A stretch of 64,000 bases of DNA from an uncultured Solirubrobacterales bacterium (GCA_963728365.1 CAVSJI010000002.1:49270-113269), one strand, 5' to 3'; numbered from the stretch's first letter, positions 1-11,582 are shown. Translations and numbers: made by a program. Notes: generated by a model not told the origin, from the sequence alone.

Positions 1-356
1 TCGATCGCCTCGCGTGGGCTGATCTCGAAGAAGCCGGGGTCGAACTCGACCGCGCCGTCGAGAAAGCCCCCCTCCCGGACGTAGCTGACCCCCGGCTTAC
101 CCGGCTCCGGGTCGTAGAGCCGCTCCAGGTCCCAACCGCGATCACCCGGAAAGGGGCCGATCGCGTCGCGTCCCCCGGCGAGCAGATCCCAGAGACCGTC
201 CGGCGAAGCAACCCCACCGGGATAGCGGCAGGCCATGCCAACGATGGCAATCGGCTCCGCCGCGCGGCCCTCGAGCAGCTGCAGCCGGCTGCGCGCGTCG
301 CGCAGTTCGCCAGTCACCTTGCGCAGGTACTTGCTGAGCGTGGTGCTGTCGGCCAT
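1..356 (-). CDS. Type I polyketide synthase, N-terminal fragment (docking helix + start of KS); gene continues past the left edge
   Basis: Hand translation of the minus strand from ATG 356..354 gives [48 protein letters not shown]...[12 protein letters not shown]. This is the canonical docking/KS N-terminus. It is absent from the ORF track because there is no stop inside the window. Confidence 0.85.
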   Translation of the reverse strand, partial: MADSTTLSKYLRKVTGELRDARSRLQLLEGRAAEPIAIVGMACRYPGGVASPDGLWDLLAGGRDAIGPFPGDRGWDLERLYDPEPGKPGVSYVREGGFLDGAVEFDPGFFEISPREAI

Positions 357-417
357 TCTCGATCAGACGCCTGAAGGCGCGGCGCGCCCGGTGGCGACGC
401 TTTTCTCCCAATAAAAT

Positions 418-1206
418 TTGATTGGTGACATTTGCCTGGACCCCCCTGCAAAACCAGTGGTTCTCGAGCATCGTGACCACTCCCGGCTTGCAGCCCAAAT
501 AGCCGCTGCCTACGATCGTCAGTACGTGGACGAGGGAGGCAAGGGAGGCAACGCAGTCCGGCTGGGTGTTGGCCTGGGGACCGCAACCCCGGCGCCGGCG
601 CCGGCGTCGACCGCCAACGACCTGACCCTGCGTCACTTCACGCGCCACCGGGCGCGACCGGACCACCTCGGCGAGATTGCCCCGGGGCAGTTGGATTCCT
701 TCCTGCGCTGCCTGCTCTTCACCGACGGCACCGTCACTCGCACCCTGGAGGTGGAGACCCTCAGCGGGGTCGCCGTCAACGTGATCGGGCAGGGCCCGGC
801 GGCGTTAGGCGAGGAAGCCGCCGAGCACCTCGAAGCTTCGACGGCGGATGAGGCGGTGCGCCGCCGGGTCACGATCGGGCCGGCGAGCGGCGCGGCGCCG
901 GCGATCTGGGCCGAATCCCACATCCTTCCCGAGCGCCTGCCCGGCGAGTTCCTCGCGGTGCTCGACGGCAGCCGCGACGGCATTGGCGGCTCGCTGCAGC
1001 GGTTCGAGCTGGAGAGCTGGCGCGAGATGCTCTGGTACGGCCTCGACGAGCCGCCGGAGTGGAGCTTCGTCGCGCCACGCGCGCCATCGCCGGTCCTGAC
1101 CCGCCTCTACAGGGTGATCTCCGGCGGCAGGCCGGCGCTGCTGATCGCCGAGAGCTTCGCGATCGAGCAAAGCGGCGAGCGCTACCGCCTGCGCTGGCCC
1201 GAGTGA
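418..1206 (+). CDS. Chorismate pyruvate-lyase (UbiC fold)-like protein
   Basis: FLRCLLFTDGTVTRTLE resembles UbiC LLLEDSMTKRFE. Later blocks RRRVTIG..AIWAESHILPERL and LTRLYRVISGGRPALLIAESF follow the UbiC order. The true start is probably downstream of 418, because 405-440 is an AT-rich promoter-like patch and GGGAGG-type RBS-like repeats sit at ~533-549. Confidence 0.55.
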   Translation: MIGDICLDPPAKPVVLEHRDHSRLAAQIAAAYDRQYVDEGGKGGNAVRLGVGLGTATPAPAPASTANDLTLRHFTRHRARPDHLGEIAPGQLDSFLRCLLFTDGTVTRTLEVETLSGVAVNVIGQGPAALGEEAAEHLEASTADEAVRRRVTIGPASGAAPAIWAESHILPERLPGEFLAVLDGSRDGIGGSLQRFELESWREMLWYGLDEPPEWSFVAPRAPSPVLTRLYRVISGGRPALLIAESFAIEQSGERYRLRWPE

Positions 1207-1213
1207 GCCGGCC

Positions 1214-4200
1214 TCAAACCGCGCCGAACTCCTCCTCGATCAACCGAATCACCTCGTCGTCGGAGACTGAATCGAGGTCGAGGTGTCGCTCCCCGTGCTC
1301 CTCGAGGGTTGCGTCGTCCGCGGGAAACGCGCGATCGCCGCCCGTCAGGCGGCAGAGATGCGCGGCGGTCGCCGCCACGCTGGGGTGGTCGAAGGCGAGC
1401 GTAGAGGCGAAGCGCAGGCCGGTCACCGCGGCGAGGCGGTTGCGCAGCTCGACCGCCATCAGAGAGTCGAAGCCGAGGTCCCTGAAGGAGCGCTCGGCGG
1501 CGACGGCGCTCGCCGAGCCGTGCCCGAGGATCGCCGCCACCTCAAGCGCGACCAGCTCCCGCGCGACAGCCTCGCGCTCATCCTCCGGCAGCTCGGCGAG
1601 GCGCACTGCCTTCGCCTTGGGCGACGTGGCAATGCCACGGAAAAGACCCCCGAGGATCGCCGGCAACTCACCCGCCCGCGCCCGCTCGCGCAGGGCCGCC
1701 CGGTCGAGTGGCGCGGCGAGCAGAAGCGGCTCGGCAGCCGCGAGGGCGGCCTCGAAGAGAGCGACGCCCTGCTCGTCGCCGATGCCGCGCAGGCCGGCTC
1801 GCGCGATCCGCGCCCGGCCGCTCGCGCCGAGATGCGAGGTCATGCCGGTCGCCCTCTCCCAGTACCCCCAGGCAATCGCCGTGCCGGGCAGGCCTTCGCG
1901 GCGGCGACGCGCGGCAAGCGCGTCGAGGAACGAGTTCGCCGCCGCGTAGCCGGCCTGACCGGGGCTGCCGAGGACCGAGGCGACCGAGGAGAAGAGGACG
2001 AACTCCTCGAGCTCGAGATCGCGGGTCAGCTCGTGCAGGTTCCAGGCGCCGTCGACCTTCGATCGGAAGACTGTTGCCAGACGCTGCGGGTCGAGCGTCT
2101 CGATCAGGCCGTCGTCGAGCAGGCCGGCTGCGTGGATGACGACCCGCAGCGGCGGCTCGCCGTCAAGCGCGACGAGCAGCCTCGCCAGCGCCTCGCGATC
2201 GGCGGCGTCGCAGGCCGCGACGGTGACTCGGGCGCCGAGCGCCTCGAGCTCGGCGCGCAGCGCCCCGGCGCCCGGAGCCGCATCGCCGGAGCGACTGGCG
2301 AGCACCAGGTGGCGTACGCCCCGCTCCGCCAGGCGGCGGGCGAAGAGCGCGCCAAGCGTGCCGGTGCCGCCGGTGATCAGGGCAGTGTCATCGGGCGAGG
2401 TGCGCCGGCGGGCGGGCGGGGGCGCGCCGGCGCGGCGCAGGCGCGGCGCCAGCGCGCGGCCCTCGCGCAGCGCCAGTTGCGGCTCGCCCCCCGCCAGGGC
2501 GGCGCCCAGCGCCGCTTCGGAGAGCTCGCTCCCGTCGCTGTCGACCAGAACGAAGGTGTCGGGACGCTCGGCCTGGGCGGAGCGGAGCAGCCCCCAGACA
2601 ACGGAGGCGGCTAGATCGGGAGTCTCACCGTCCCCGGTTGCGACCGCGCCGCGAGTGAGCACCACGAGGCGAGCGCCCTCCTCGTGCTCTTCGGCCAGCC
2701 AACCCTGAGCCGCCGCCAGGGTTCGCGCGGCGGCGTGGCGGGCGGCCGACGCCGGGTAGCCGGATACCTCGAGCTCGCAGCGCCAGAGCTCCGAGCCCGG
2801 CGGTGTGCCGCCCTCTCCAGCCGGCACCTCTCTCCACTCGACGGCAAAGAGCGCCTCCCGCGCGGGCGAGAGCAGCTCGCCAGAAGCCGGCCGCATGACC
2901 AGCTCGTCCACGGAGATGACAGGTGAGCCGCTCGGGTCCTCGGCACGCAGCGAGAAGCGGTCCTCGCCGCTCGCGACAAGCCGCACCCTCAGGGCGCCCG
3001 AGGGGTCGCCGTCGCCGAGCGCAACCCCGGCCCAGGCGAAGGGCAGGCAACGAGCCGACCCCTCCGCGAGGAACCAGCCGTGCAGAGCGGCGTCGAGCAG
3101 GGCCGGGTGAAGCTGAAAGCCGCGGCCCTCCGCCTCGGGCGGCAGGCGCACCTCGGCGAAGATCTCCCCGCCGCGGCGCCAGGCCGCGCTCAGGCCGCGG
3201 AAGGCCGGCCCGTACTCGAAGCCCGCGTCGCCCAGCCGCTCATAGAAGTCGGCGATCTCGACCGCCTCGGCGTCGAGAGGTGGCCACTCGCCGATCGGCC
3301 CCTGCCTCGCTTCGCCCCCCGCCGGCGCCAGCGTCGCGGTCGCATTCCGAACCCACTCGTGCGGCGGATCCGCCTCGCCCTCGAGCCGCGAGTGCAGGGC
3401 AAGCCGGCGCCGGCCGTCCTCGTCCGCCTCGCCGAGCCGCAGCTGGATCCGCAGCGCCCCGGCCTCGGGCAGGAGCAGCGGTGCCTCCTGAATGAGCTCT
3501 TCGAGCAGCGGAGCCCCGGCCTCTCTACCAGCACGCAGGGCCAGCTCGACGCCGGCGGCGCCGGGAAGCAGGGCGAAGCCGCCGACCGCGTGGCCGGCCA
3601 GCCAGGGATTGGCATGCAGCGAGGCGCGACCGTCGAGGAGCAATTCGTCGCGCTCGGCCACCGGCAGCGTCGCCTCGAGCAGCGGGTGGTCCCCCGCCCG
3701 GCCTGCCTGGCCGTCCGCCGCCCAGTAGCGCCGCCGCTGGAAGGCGTACGTGGGCAGCGACAGCGGCTCGGCTCCGGCGCCGCCAAGGAGGGTGGGCCAA
3801 TCGAGCTCCACCCCGGCCGCGTGCGCCTCGGCGAGCGAGTGGACAAAGCGACCCCAACCACCCTTCTCGCGCCGCAGCGTGCCGATCGTCGCGACCGCGC
3901 CGCTGGGCGCGCCCGCCGCCTCGGCGGTTTCCTCGATCGCCGGGCTCAGCACCGGGTGCGGGCTCGACTCGACGAAGCGCGAGAAGCCGTCGCCGAGCAG
4001 CGCCCTTGTCGCCTGCTCGAAGCGAACCGGCTCACGCAGCGAGCGGTACCAGTAATCCGCCCCAAGCTGCTCTCCGCCGAGCGGCTCGCCCGTCATCCCG
4101 GAGTAGAACGGCACGCCGGCCGGCACCGGGGCGATCGACTCGAGGTCGGCGAGCAAGGGCGCGCGGATCGACTCGACCTGGGCCGAGTGGGAGGCGTAGT

Positions 4201-7200
4201 CGACCGGGATGCGGCGTGCCGGGGTGCCGGCCGCCTCGCAGGCGGCGAGCAGCTCCTCGAGCGCCGCCGGCTCGCCGCTGACCACGGTGGAGGCCGGTCC
4301 GTTGACTGCGGCGAGCGAGAGGCGCTCGCCCCAGGGGCCGATCAGCGCGCCGGTCTCGCCGGCCGGCCGCAGCACGGAGACCATGCCGCCCGCCCCGGCG
4401 AGTCCCTCGGCGATCGCGCGGCTGCGCAGCGCGACGACCCGGGCAGCATCCTCGAGCGAAAGCGCCCCCGCGATGTGAGCCGCCGCGATCTCGCCCTGCG
4501 AGTGGCCGACGACCGCGTCGGGCTCGACCCCGAGCTCCCGCCAGAGGCCGGCGAGCGCGACCATCGTCGCGAAGAGCGCCGGTTGCACGACGTCGACCCG
4601 CTCCAGCGGAGGCGCTTGGGGCTCTCCGCGCAGCAGCTCCTCGAGCGAAAACTCCAGGTGCGGATCGAGCGCCGCCGCGCAAGCCCCGACCAGCTCGGCG
4701 AAGCGGTCAGATCCGGCGAGCAGCTGACGCGCCATGGCCGGCCACTGCGAACCCTGGCCGGGGAAGACGAAGGCCGTCGCCCCGGGACGCGCCACCCCCC
4801 GCACCAGGTTCTCGGCAGGCTCGCCGCGGGCCAGCGCGCCAAGTCCGGCCAGCAGCTCCGCGCGCCCTTCGCCGAGCACGACAGCGCGGTCGTCGAGGCG
4901 CGCCCGCCGGGTCGCCAGGGTGCGGGAGACGGCGTGCAGGTCGAGGCCCGGCTCGCGCTGGAGACGTCCGCGCAGGCGCTCGGCCTGCGCGCGAAGTGCC
5001 TCCTCGCCGCGGGCCGAGACGGGCCAGGCGAGCGGTCCGGGTGGTGCGGCTCCGGCCTCCGGCCCAGCGGAGGCCGGAGCCGGCGGCGGCGCTTCCTCGA
5101 TGATCAAGTGGGCGTTGGTGCCGCTGATCCCGAACGACGAGACGCCGGCGCGGCGCGGCCGCTCACCGGCATCCCACGCGACCGGCTCGGTGAGCAGCTC
5201 GATACCGCCCGCCTCCCACTCGACGTGCGGGCTGGGCCGGTCGACGTGCAGCGTCCGCGGCAGGGCACCATGCCGCATCGCCTCGACCACCTTGATCGTT
5301 CCCGCCACCCCGGCCGCCGCCAGGGTGTGGCCGAGGTTCGACTTGACCGAGCCCAGCAGCAGGGGGCGCTCGCGCCCTTCGCCATAGGTGGCAAGGAGCG
5401 CCCGCGCCTCGATCGGGTCGCCGAGCGGCGTGCCCGTGCCGTGCGCCTCGACCGCGTCGATCTCGCCCGGCTCGAGCCCGGCACCGGCCAGGGCCTCACG
5501 GATCACTCGCTCCTGGGCGGGGCCGCTGGGCGCCGTCAACCCATTCGAGGCGCCGTCCTGCCCGACCGCCGAGCCACGCACGACAGCCAGCACGCGGTGC
5601 CCGTTGGCGCGAGCGTCGGCGAGGCGCTCGAGCACCAGCAGGCCGACTCCCTCCGACCAGCCGGTGCCGTCGGCGCCCGCGGCGAAGGCCTTGCAGCGCC
5701 CGTCCGCGGCGAGTCCGCGCTGACGGGAGAACTCGACGAACTGGGCCGGCGTCGCCATCACGCTCACCCCGCCGGCCAGCGCCAGCGAGCACTCGCCCAG
5801 CCGCAGCGCCTGGCGAGCGAGGTGCACAGCGACCAGCGAGGAGGAGCAGGCCGTGTCCACGGTGACCGCCGGCCCCTCGAGCCCGAGGGCATATGCCACG
5901 CGGCCAGACAGGACGCTGCCGGCGAGCCCGGTGGTTCGGTGTCCCTCGGACGAGTCGGGAAGGGCGCCTCCGTAGTCGTGGGTCATCATTCCGGCGAAGA
6001 CGGCGGTGTTGGTGCCGCGACGCGCCTCGGGATCGATGCCGGCGTCCTCGAGCGCCTCCCAGGCCGCTTCGAGAAGCAACCGCTGCTGGGGGTCCATCGC
6101 CAGCGCCTCACGCGGCGAGATGCCGAAGAAGGCAGCGTCGAAATCGCCCGCCGCCCCGAGGAAACCACCCCGCCGGACGTAGCTGGTCCCGGCTCGATCC
6201 GGATCCGGGTCGTAGAGGCCCTCGCGGTCCCAGCCGCGGTCATCCGGCCAGTCCGACAGCACCTCGCCATCGCGCTCCAGCAGACTCCAGAGGTCGGACG
6301 GAGAATCGATTCCGCCGGGGAAGCGACAGGCCATGCCGACGATCGCCACCGGCTCTCTCACGGCTCCTTTGGGGCTAGCCGCCCGCGGTCGCGGAGCATC
6401 GCCGCCTGCCAGCTCCTCGAGGTGCGCCGCCAAGGCGGCAGGGGTGGGATAGTCGAAGACGGCGGTGGCGCTGACCGGCAGGCCACTCTCCTCGGAGAGC
6501 CGCTCGCAGAGGGTGACGGCGGCGACCGAGTCGAAGCCGAGCTCCCTGAAGCTGCGCCGCGGATCGATCGCCGCCGCGCTGCGATGACCGAGGACCGTGC
6601 CGGCGACCTCACGGCGAACGAGCTCGATCAGCTCGGCGGGGCGAGCTCCCAGTCGCCGGGCCTGCGGCGGCCCGGCCGGGTGCGGCGCCTCGCCCAGCCC
6701 GGCCAGCAACTCGCCGCGCTTCACCTTGCCGGTCAGCGTGCGGGGGATCTCGCGGACGCGGACGAAGCGGCGCGGCAGCTTATGCGGGGAGAGCCACTCG
6801 GCGAGCTCGGCGCGGACCTCGCCGTCGCCCTCCTCGAAGCGCTCGGCGAGGCGCATGAAGGCGACGATCTCGGTGCCGGACCCAGTCTCGAGCGCCGCCA
6901 CGGCACAGTCCTCGACGCCGGCGCAACCGGCGAGCGCCGCCTCGACCTCGGTCGGATCGACCTTCTTGCCGGCGACGTTGATGCGGCTGTCGGCGCGACC
7001 GGTGACGTGCAGGTTGCCGGCGTCGTCGAGCCGGCCGAGATCGCCGGTCTCATACCACCCCTCCTCGGCCGGCTCGGCGCCGATCACGCGATGCGGGCGG
7101 GCGGGGGCGCGGCGGCGGACGGCGACCTCGCCGCCCTCGCCGATGCGCAGCTCGACATCGGGCAGCGGCGCGCCTACGCCCTCCTCCTCGCCACCCCCGG

Positions 7201-8029
7201 CGAGCGTGATCTGACCACCCTCGGTGAGGCCGTAGTGGGAGCGCAGCGGCGTGCCGGCGGTCTCCCGCCAGGCGGCGATCAGCCGCGGCGAGACCGGCTC
7301 CCCGGCGGCGATCGCCATGCGCAGCGGCCAGCCGGCCGCGATCTCGGGGTCCCCGGCGAGCAGACCGAGGTAGCGGTTGAAGAGGAAGGGCACCGAGAGC
7401 AGCACCGTGGGCGCGGCGTCGCCGGCGACCTCGACGATCTCGGCCGCCTCCAGCATCCCCTTGCCGAGCAGCACCGTGGCGCCGCTGAGCAGGCCGCCGA
7501 GGAGCCCGCAGCCGAGGCAGTAGAGGTGGGCGAGCGGCGTCGTGCACCAGAGCACGTCCTCAGCGCGGTAACCGGCCACGGCGGCGAAGGAGCCGGCGTT
7601 GAGCAGCAGGCTCTCCCAATCGAGCTCGACCACCTTGGGCAGCCCGCTGCTGCCCGAGCTACAGAGCCCGACCACCGGCCGGCCGCCGTCCTCTCCGGCA
7701 TCGACGAAGATCCGCTCGGCACGCCGCAGCTCCCACTCGGTGGCGCGCGCGTCGAGCAGCAGCAGGCTCTCGCCGGCGAGGCCCGCGCGGAGCAGCGCCT
7801 CGGCATCGGCGACCGTCGGCGAGAGCCGGGTCGCCCGGCGCCCGGCGCCCGGCGGGCGGCGCTCGCCGGGCAGCTTCGCCAGCTCGCCATAGGTGCGCGC
7901 CTCAGATCCGTCGCGCAGCGCGAGGCGATTCGGGTGACTCTCGGCCGCCGCCCGGATCGCGTCCCCCAGCCGCGCCAACGGATCGCCCGCGATGCCTGCT
8001 CCTCCCTGGCTACCGCGCCGCCCCATCAT
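1214..8029 (-). CDS. Type I PKS loading/first extension module: adenylation(acyl-AMP ligase)-ACP-KS-AT-DH-KR-ACP + C-terminal docking tail
   Basis: AMP-binding motifs are SSGSSGLPK (~7634-7660), [21 protein letters not shown] and [10 protein letters not shown]. Carrier GFDSVA is at ~6525-6540. KS motifs are DTACSSS (~5831-5857), EAHGTGT and KSNLGHT. AT has GHSQGE (~4491-4508) with YASH (~4186-4198). DH has [14 protein letters not shown] (~3555-3601). KR has TGGTGTLG (~2351-2374) with an LDD motif. ACP has GFDSLM (~1457-1474). Start chosen at ATG 8029 (ATGA overlap with the PPTase stop) rather than the track's 8272. Confidence 0.95.
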   Translation of the reverse strand: MMGRRGSQGGAGIAGDPLARLGDAIRAAAESHPNRLALRDGSEARTYGELAKLPGERRPPGAGRRATRLSPTVADAEALLRAGLAGESLLLLDARATEWELRRAERIFVDAGEDGGRPVVGLCSSGSSGLPKVVELDWESLLLNAGSFAAVAGYRAEDVLWCTTPLAHLYCLGCGLLGGLLSGATVLLGKGMLEAAEIVEVAGDAAPTVLLSVPFLFNRYLGLLAGDPEIAAGWPLRMAIAAGEPVSPRLIAAWRETAGTPLRSHYGLTEGGQITLAGGGEEEGVGAPLPDVELRIGEGGEVAVRRRAPARPHRVIGAEPAEEGWYETGDLGRLDDAGNLHVTGRADSRINVAGKKVDPTEVEAALAGCAGVEDCAVAALETGSGTEIVAFMRLAERFEEGDGEVRAELAEWLSPHKLPRRFVRVREIPRTLTGKVKRGELLAGLGEAPHPAGPPQARRLGARPAELIELVRREVAGTVLGHRSAAAIDPRRSFRELGFDSVAAVTLCERLSEESGLPVSATAVFDYPTPAALAAHLEELAGGDAPRPRAASPKGAVREPVAIVGMACRFPGGIDSPSDLWSLLERDGEVLSDWPDDRGWDREGLYDPDPDRAGTSYVRRGGFLGAAGDFDAAFFGISPREALAMDPQQRLLLEAAWEALEDAGIDPEARRGTNTAVFAGMMTHDYGGALPDSSEGHRTTGLAGSVLSGRVAYALGLEGPAVTVDTACSSSLVAVHLARQALRLGECSLALAGGVSVMATPAQFVEFSRQRGLAADGRCKAFAAGADGTGWSEGVGLLVLERLADARANGHRVLAVVRGSAVGQDGASNGLTAPSGPAQERVIREALAGAGLEPGEIDAVEAHGTGTPLGDPIEARALLATYGEGRERPLLLGSVKSNLGHTLAAAGVAGTIKVVEAMRHGALPRTLHVDRPSPHVEWEAGGIELLTEPVAWDAGERPRRAGVSSFGISGTNAHLIIEEAPPPAPASAGPEAGAAPPGPLAWPVSARGEEALRAQAERLRGRLQREPGLDLHAVSRTLATRRARLDDRAVVLGEGRAELLAGLGALARGEPAENLVRGVARPGATAFVFPGQGSQWPAMARQLLAGSDRFAELVGACAAALDPHLEFSLEELLRGEPQAPPLERVDVVQPALFATMVALAGLWRELGVEPDAVVGHSQGEIAAAHIAGALSLEDAARVVALRSRAIAEGLAGAGGMVSVLRPAGETGALIGPWGERLSLAAVNGPASTVVSGEPAALEELLAACEAAGTPARRIPVDYASHSAQVESIRAPLLADLESIAPVPAGVPFYSGMTGEPLGGEQLGADYWYRSLREPVRFEQATRALLGDGFSRFVESSPHPVLSPAIEETAEAAGAPSGAVATIGTLRREKGGWGRFVHSLAEAHAAGVELDWPTLLGGAGAEPLSLPTYAFQRRRYWAADGQAGRAGDHPLLEATLPVAERDELLLDGRASLHANPWLAGHAVGGFALLPGAAGVELALRAGREAGAPLLEELIQEAPLLLPEAGALRIQLRLGEADEDGRRRLALHSRLEGEADPPHEWVRNATATLAPAGGEARQGPIGEWPPLDAEAVEIADFYERLGDAGFEYGPAFRGLSAAWRRGGEIFAEVRLPPEAEGRGFQLHPALLDAALHGWFLAEGSARCLPFAWAGVALGDGDPSGALRVRLVASGEDRFSLRAEDPSGSPVISVDELVMRPASGELLSPAREALFAVEWREVPAGEGGTPPGSELWRCELEVSGYPASAARHAAARTLAAAQGWLAEEHEEGARLVVLTRGAVATGDGETPDLAASVVWGLLRSAQAERPDTFVLVDSDGSELSEAALGAALAGGEPQLALREGRALAPRLRRAGAPPPARRRTSPDDTALITGGTGTLGALFARRLAERGVRHLVLASRSGDAAPGAGALRAELEALGARVTVAACDAADREALARLLVALDGEPPLRVVIHAAGLLDDGLIETLDPQRLATVFRSKVDGAWNLHELTRDLELEEFVLFSSVASVLGSPGQAGYAAANSFLDALAARRRREGLPGTAIAWGYWERATGMTSHLGASGRARIARAGLRGIGDEQGVALFEAALAAAEPLLLAAPLDRAALRERARAGELPAILGGLFRGIATSPKAKAVRLAELPEDEREAVARELVALEVAAILGHGSASAVAAERSFRDLGFDSLMAVELRNRLAAVTGLRFASTLAFDHPSVAATAAHLCRLTGGDRAFPADDATLEEHGERHLDLDSVSDDEVIRLIEEEFGAV

Positions 8030-8733
8030 CCCCTCAAGCCGGTCGCCGGGGCAAGCTCCTGGCCCTGTCCCACGGGGGCGCGGGCCGGCAGCGCGATCGC
8101 CGCCAGCAGGAGGCCCTCGGCAGCCAGCCAGCGGCCGGCGAAGCCGTCGAGCACGGCGCCGCACACGGTCGGGCCGGGAACCAGCAGGTGGGCCGAGAAC
8201 GTGCCGCCGACCCGGTCGATGGTCACCGTCGCGTCCTCGAATCCAAGCCACTGGCGGGCCAGCGGGAACCACGCCTTGTACACCGACTCCTTGATGCTGA
8301 AGAGCAGCCGGTCCCAGCTGACCCGAGGTTCGGCCAGCGCCAGGGCGCGCAGCTGGCGGCGCTCCTCGGGCAGGGCGACGTCGGACAGCAGACCCTGGGG
8401 CAGCGGCTCGTCGATCTCGGCATCGACCCCGATCGTCACCAGGTCCGCGTCGCGGGCCAGCGCGCAGGCGCGGTAGCCGGCGCAGTGCGTGATGCTGCCG
8501 ACCACCCCTGGCGGCCAGACCGGCTCCCCCTTCGGCCCCGCTGGAATCGCCTGCGCGGGCATCCCGAGTCGCGCCAGGGCCTGGCGCGAGCAGGCGCGGG
8601 CGGTGACGAACTCGCGCCGGCGCTTCTCCACCGGCCGGCCGAGCGCCTCCTCCTCCTCCGGGAAGAGCGGCGCCTCGAGATCGTCCGCGGTCGCGACGAC
8701 GGCCGCCGTGGCGGGCAGGATGCGCTCAAGCAC
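8026..8733 (-). CDS. Sfp/EntD-type 4'-phosphopantetheinyl transferase
   Basis: Motifs: [50 protein letters not shown] start at 8733 is preceded by GGAGG. Stop TGA overlaps the PKS ATG (ATGA). Confidence 0.85.
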   Translation of the reverse strand: MLERILPATAAVVATADDLEAPLFPEEEEALGRPVEKRRREFVTARACSRQALARLGMPAQAIPAGPKGEPVWPPGVVGSITHCAGYRACALARDADLVTIGVDAEIDEPLPQGLLSDVALPEERRQLRALALAEPRVSWDRLLFSIKESVYKAWFPLARQWLGFEDATVTIDRVGGTFSAHLLVPGPTVCGAVLDGFAGRWLAAEGLLLAAIALPARAPVGQGQELAPATGLRG

Positions 8734-9568
8734 CGTCGGCCTCCGGCAGGATCTGGCGCGGCTCGCACGCACCGCCCGCGCGGCGGCGGCGCTCGCGCGG
8801 GTAGCCGAGCGAGACCTCCTCGAAGCGCACCCCGTCCTGCCAGGTCGTACGGGGGATGTGCAGGTGGCCGTAGACAACCGCGACCGCGCCGAATCGACGG
8901 TGCCAGTCGGCGGTGCGGACGGTTCCGCACCACTGGGCGAACTCGGGGTGGCGCAGCGCCCGCGTCGGGTGCACGGTCATCGGAAAGTGGTTGACGAGCA
9001 CCGTCGGCAGCGCCGCGTTCTCGCTCGCCAGCCGGTCCTCGGTCTCGGCCAGTCGGGCGGCGCACCAGGCGGCGCGGCTCGGGTAGGGGTCCGGATGGAG
9101 CAGGAACTCGTCGACGCAGACGACGCCGGCATCGAAGGCGCGGCGCAGGGCGGCCTCCGGGGCGGGCGCGACGTCGCGACCGAAGCTGTAGTCGTAGAGC
9201 AGGAAGAGCGGCGCGACCCGCACCGGCCCGCCAGGTCCCCGCCAGATCGGGTAGGGATCCTCGGGAGTGAGCACGCCGAGCTCCCCACATAGCTCGACCA
9301 GGTGGCGGTAGCGCGCCTCGCCGCGCAACCCGCTGGGGTCGTCGCGGTAGGTGAGCAGCTCATGGTTGCCCGGTGCCCAGATCACGGTGCGGAAGCGCTC
9401 GCGCAGCGTGCGCAGCGCCCCCTCGAACCGGTCGATCCCGTCGGCGACGTCGCCGCAGAGGATCAGCCAGTCGCGCTCCGATCGCGGCTGCATCTGCTGC
9501 ACTACCGCACGGTTCTCCGCGTGGTCGACGTGCAGATCGCCGATCGCGAGCAGCGCCCCATCGCTCAC
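8726..9568 (-). CDS. Metallophosphoesterase (calcineurin-like)
   Basis: Motifs: AIGDLHVDH, LILCGDVADG, APGNHE, VYGHLH. GTG start chosen at 9568, so the track start at 9679 is over-extended. 8-nt overlap with the PPTase start. Confidence 0.75.
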   Translation of the reverse strand: MSDGALLAIGDLHVDHAENRAVVQQMQPRSERDWLILCGDVADGIDRFEGALRTLRERFRTVIWAPGNHELLTYRDDPSGLRGEARYRHLVELCGELGVLTPEDPYPIWRGPGGPVRVAPLFLLYDYSFGRDVAPAPEAALRRAFDAGVVCVDEFLLHPDPYPSRAAWCAARLAETEDRLASENAALPTVLVNHFPMTVHPTRALRHPEFAQWCGTVRTADWHRRFGAVAVVYGHLHIPRTTWQDGVRFEEVSLGYPRERRRRAGGACEPRQILPEADGA

Positions 9569-9587
9569 CGGTCCCGCGTCGCCCCAT

Positions 9588-10193
9588 CTAGCCCGCTGTG
9601 GAGAGCATCTGATGGCCGCACTTGGGACAGACGACGGAATGGTCGCTCGGCGCCTCCTCTGCCCCGCCGGGGGCGGCACCTTGGTCGCCGGGCCCCTTTC
9701 GCGCCTGGCCGCGGAGCTCGATCCTCAGGTCGGCGACCGAGAGGCGCTCCTGCTCGGCCCGCTCCAGCCAGTGCCGCTTCTCCGTCACGTCTAGCGGCGC
9801 TAAGAGAACGTGGTGGCTCCAGGTCAGCTTGTCACTACGTAGTGACGAATCGAATTGCGAGGCGACCCAGGCCATGTTGCGCAAGCTGGCCACGTCATAG
9901 CCGGTGATTCGCGCCGCCTCCGCATACTTCTCCCCCCAGCGGGCCGCCCCGTAGCGAATCCAATCGCCGATCCACCACTGGCTGCAGCGCCCGATCGCCC
10001 CGAGCCGGCGCCCGGTCGCCAGCCACTCGGCCTGGCCCAGGTCGCGCCGGGGAAGCCAGGCCACCTTGGAGACGGCGCTGGCGGAACCCTGCCCGTCCGC
10101 TTCCGGCGCAGCTTCCGCGGCGCCCCGAAGCCGGTAGGCCGACGGCGTTGCCGCTGCGCGAGGCGGCTGCACCGCCTCTCGAATCCCTGACAT
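9588..10193 (-). CDS. Putative cluster-situated regulator (LmbU-like, tentative) with C-terminal CPxCG zinc-ribbon-like tail
   Basis: The WWIGDWIRYGAARWGEKY block recalls the LmbU-type regulator family from memory only. C-terminal VVCPKCGH. Location is next to the PKS genes. Confidence 0.4.
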   Translation of the reverse strand: MSGIREAVQPPRAAATPSAYRLRGAAEAAPEADGQGSASAVSKVAWLPRRDLGQAEWLATGRRLGAIGRCSQWWIGDWIRYGAARWGEKYAEAARITGYDVASLRNMAWVASQFDSSLRSDKLTWSHHVLLAPLDVTEKRHWLERAEQERLSVADLRIELRGQARKGPGDQGAAPGGAEEAPSDHSVVCPKCGHQMLSTAG

Positions 10194-10394
10194 CTAGAGC
10201 CCTTTTCCCGTTTCACGCCGGCCGATGAGCCTGGCGCCGCGCCCACGAAAATGGGCGCTGACACTGACACGAGAAGGTGTACCACTCGAGGCTTGGCAGG
10301 GGCTACACCAATATGGTGCGCCGCTTGATCACGGCATCGCCAATGTGTCCCATGCAGTTCAACTCAAGCCCAGGCGGCGCAGCGGCTGCAACGC

Positions 10395-11582
10395 TCAGCG
10401 GCGTCCGAGCTCCGGCGGCGTCGGGTCGTCGTCGAGCCCCTCGAGGCTGAGCGCCACCTCGATCTCCGCGTGACAGGTATGGAGGAGGCGGCCAAGTGCC
10501 TCCTCCACCTTGCGCAGGCGCCGCTGCACCGTGTGCCGGTCGACGCCGAGCGCGGCCGCCGCGGTGGCAGCATTGAAGCCGGCTGCAAAGTAGGCGCCCA
10601 GCGTCTCGCGCAGGACGGCGCCCGAATCGCCATGGGCGTCGAGCGGCGCCAGATAGGTCTCGCGCAGTGAGGTGGCGAGCAGCTCGTCGCGCAGCACCGC
10701 GGCCAGCAGGGCGACGTCGCTGGCCCGGCTGAACCGCTGCGGCCGGCGCAGCATCACCTCACGCGCCGCCTGAGCCTCGCGGTGGGTGAGCCGCCAGCCC
10801 TCCAGCCCATGGCGGGGCTCGCCGACGGCCAGGCTGACCTCGCCGAGCACGCCGGCCGAGAGATAGCGCTCGACCTCGGCGACGGGTAGCGCCTCCCGGC
10901 CTCCAAGCCAGGCCCAGACGCTCTCCTCGCCGCGGCTGACGACGAGGGCCTTGCGGCTGAGCCCAGCGGCGAGCGTGCGGGCGGCGACGTCGGCGCAAGT
11001 GCCGGAGACGATCAGCCCCAGGTGCCAGACGTCCAGCTCGTACTCGAGGGCGTCGGCATCGAGCGGCGAGTCGGCGGCCAGCAGCCGCTCCACCCTTTCC
11101 GCGAGCCGCTGGGCGGGCGAGCGGCGCATCTCCTCGAGCTCGCTCATGTACGCGGCCGCGACGGCGGCCATCACCCGGTCCACCTGCGGTCCCTGGGTGC
11201 GCAGCACCGGGCTCAGGGCGCCCTCCGGGAAGTGCGCCGCCTCGTCCATGATGAACTCGCTGACCAGCCGGTCGCCCGCGGCGTAGCGGCGCAGCACGGT
11301 GTCGAGCTTGATCCTGGTGCGCGCGGCACGGCGCGCCTGGGCCGCGGTCGCCTCCGGGATCTCGGCCTCCCAATCGAGGCCGCGCTCGATGCTCGTGAAT
11401 GCGAAGTCGACGCCCTCCGCCACCGCCGCGCGGACCCCGGCCCGGTACTCGGCGTCTTCCCTTTCGGAGGGATCGGCGAGGGCGTTCACCGCCTTGAAGA
11501 TCGCGTCTTCCAGCTCTCCCGCGCGGTTCCGCAGGCGCGCGACCAGCTCGGACCGGATCTTCTGCAGCGAGTCGTCCTCCAA
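10395..11582 (-). CDS. PucR/CdaR-family transcriptional regulator
   Basis: C-terminal HTH: LRETLGAYFAAGFNAATAAAALGVDRHTVQRRLRKVEEALG. Start uncertain. TTG at 11582 is preceded by GGAGAGGGGA; the track start 11624 is also TTG. Confidence 0.75.
   Translation of the reverse strand: MEDDSLQKIRSELVARLRNRAGELEDAIFKAVNALADPSEREDAEYRAGVRAAVAEGVDFAFTSIERGLDWEAEIPEATAAQARRAARTRIKLDTVLRRYAAGDRLVSEFIMDEAAHFPEGALSPVLRTQGPQVDRVMAAVAAAYMSELEEMRRSPAQRLAERVERLLAADSPLDADALEYELDVWHLGLIVSGTCADVAARTLAAGLSRKALVVSRGEESVWAWLGGREALPVAEVERYLSAGVLGEVSLAVGEPRHGLEGWRLTHREAQAAREVMLRRPQRFSRASDVALLAAVLRDELLATSLRETYLAPLDAHGDSGAVLRETLGAYFAAGFNAATAAAALGVDRHTVQRRLRKVEEALGRLLHTCHAEIEVALSLEGLDDDPTPPELGRR

Noticed and set aside
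1214-8272. Track start of the PKS at 8272 (extra 81 N-terminal residues)
   Set aside because: The extension overlaps the PPTase coding region and is Arg/Pro/Gly low complexity. ATG 8029 forms an ATGA junction with the PPTase stop and immediately precedes the adenylation domain.
3080-8476. 1798-aa plus-strand ORF, the second longest in the track for this region
   Set aside because: It is antisense to the PKS, whose A/ACP/KS/AT/DH/KR motifs are unambiguous on the minus strand. Its translation is Arg/Gly/Ala/Pro/Gln-rich low complexity with no motifs. This is a typical high-GC shadow ORF.
8188-9292. Several 260-285-aa overlapping ORFs on both strands around the PPTase/metallophosphoesterase genes
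   Set aside because: Only the 8026-8733 and 8726-9568 minus frames carry PPTase and metallophosphoesterase motifs. The others are Arg/Pro-rich shadows.
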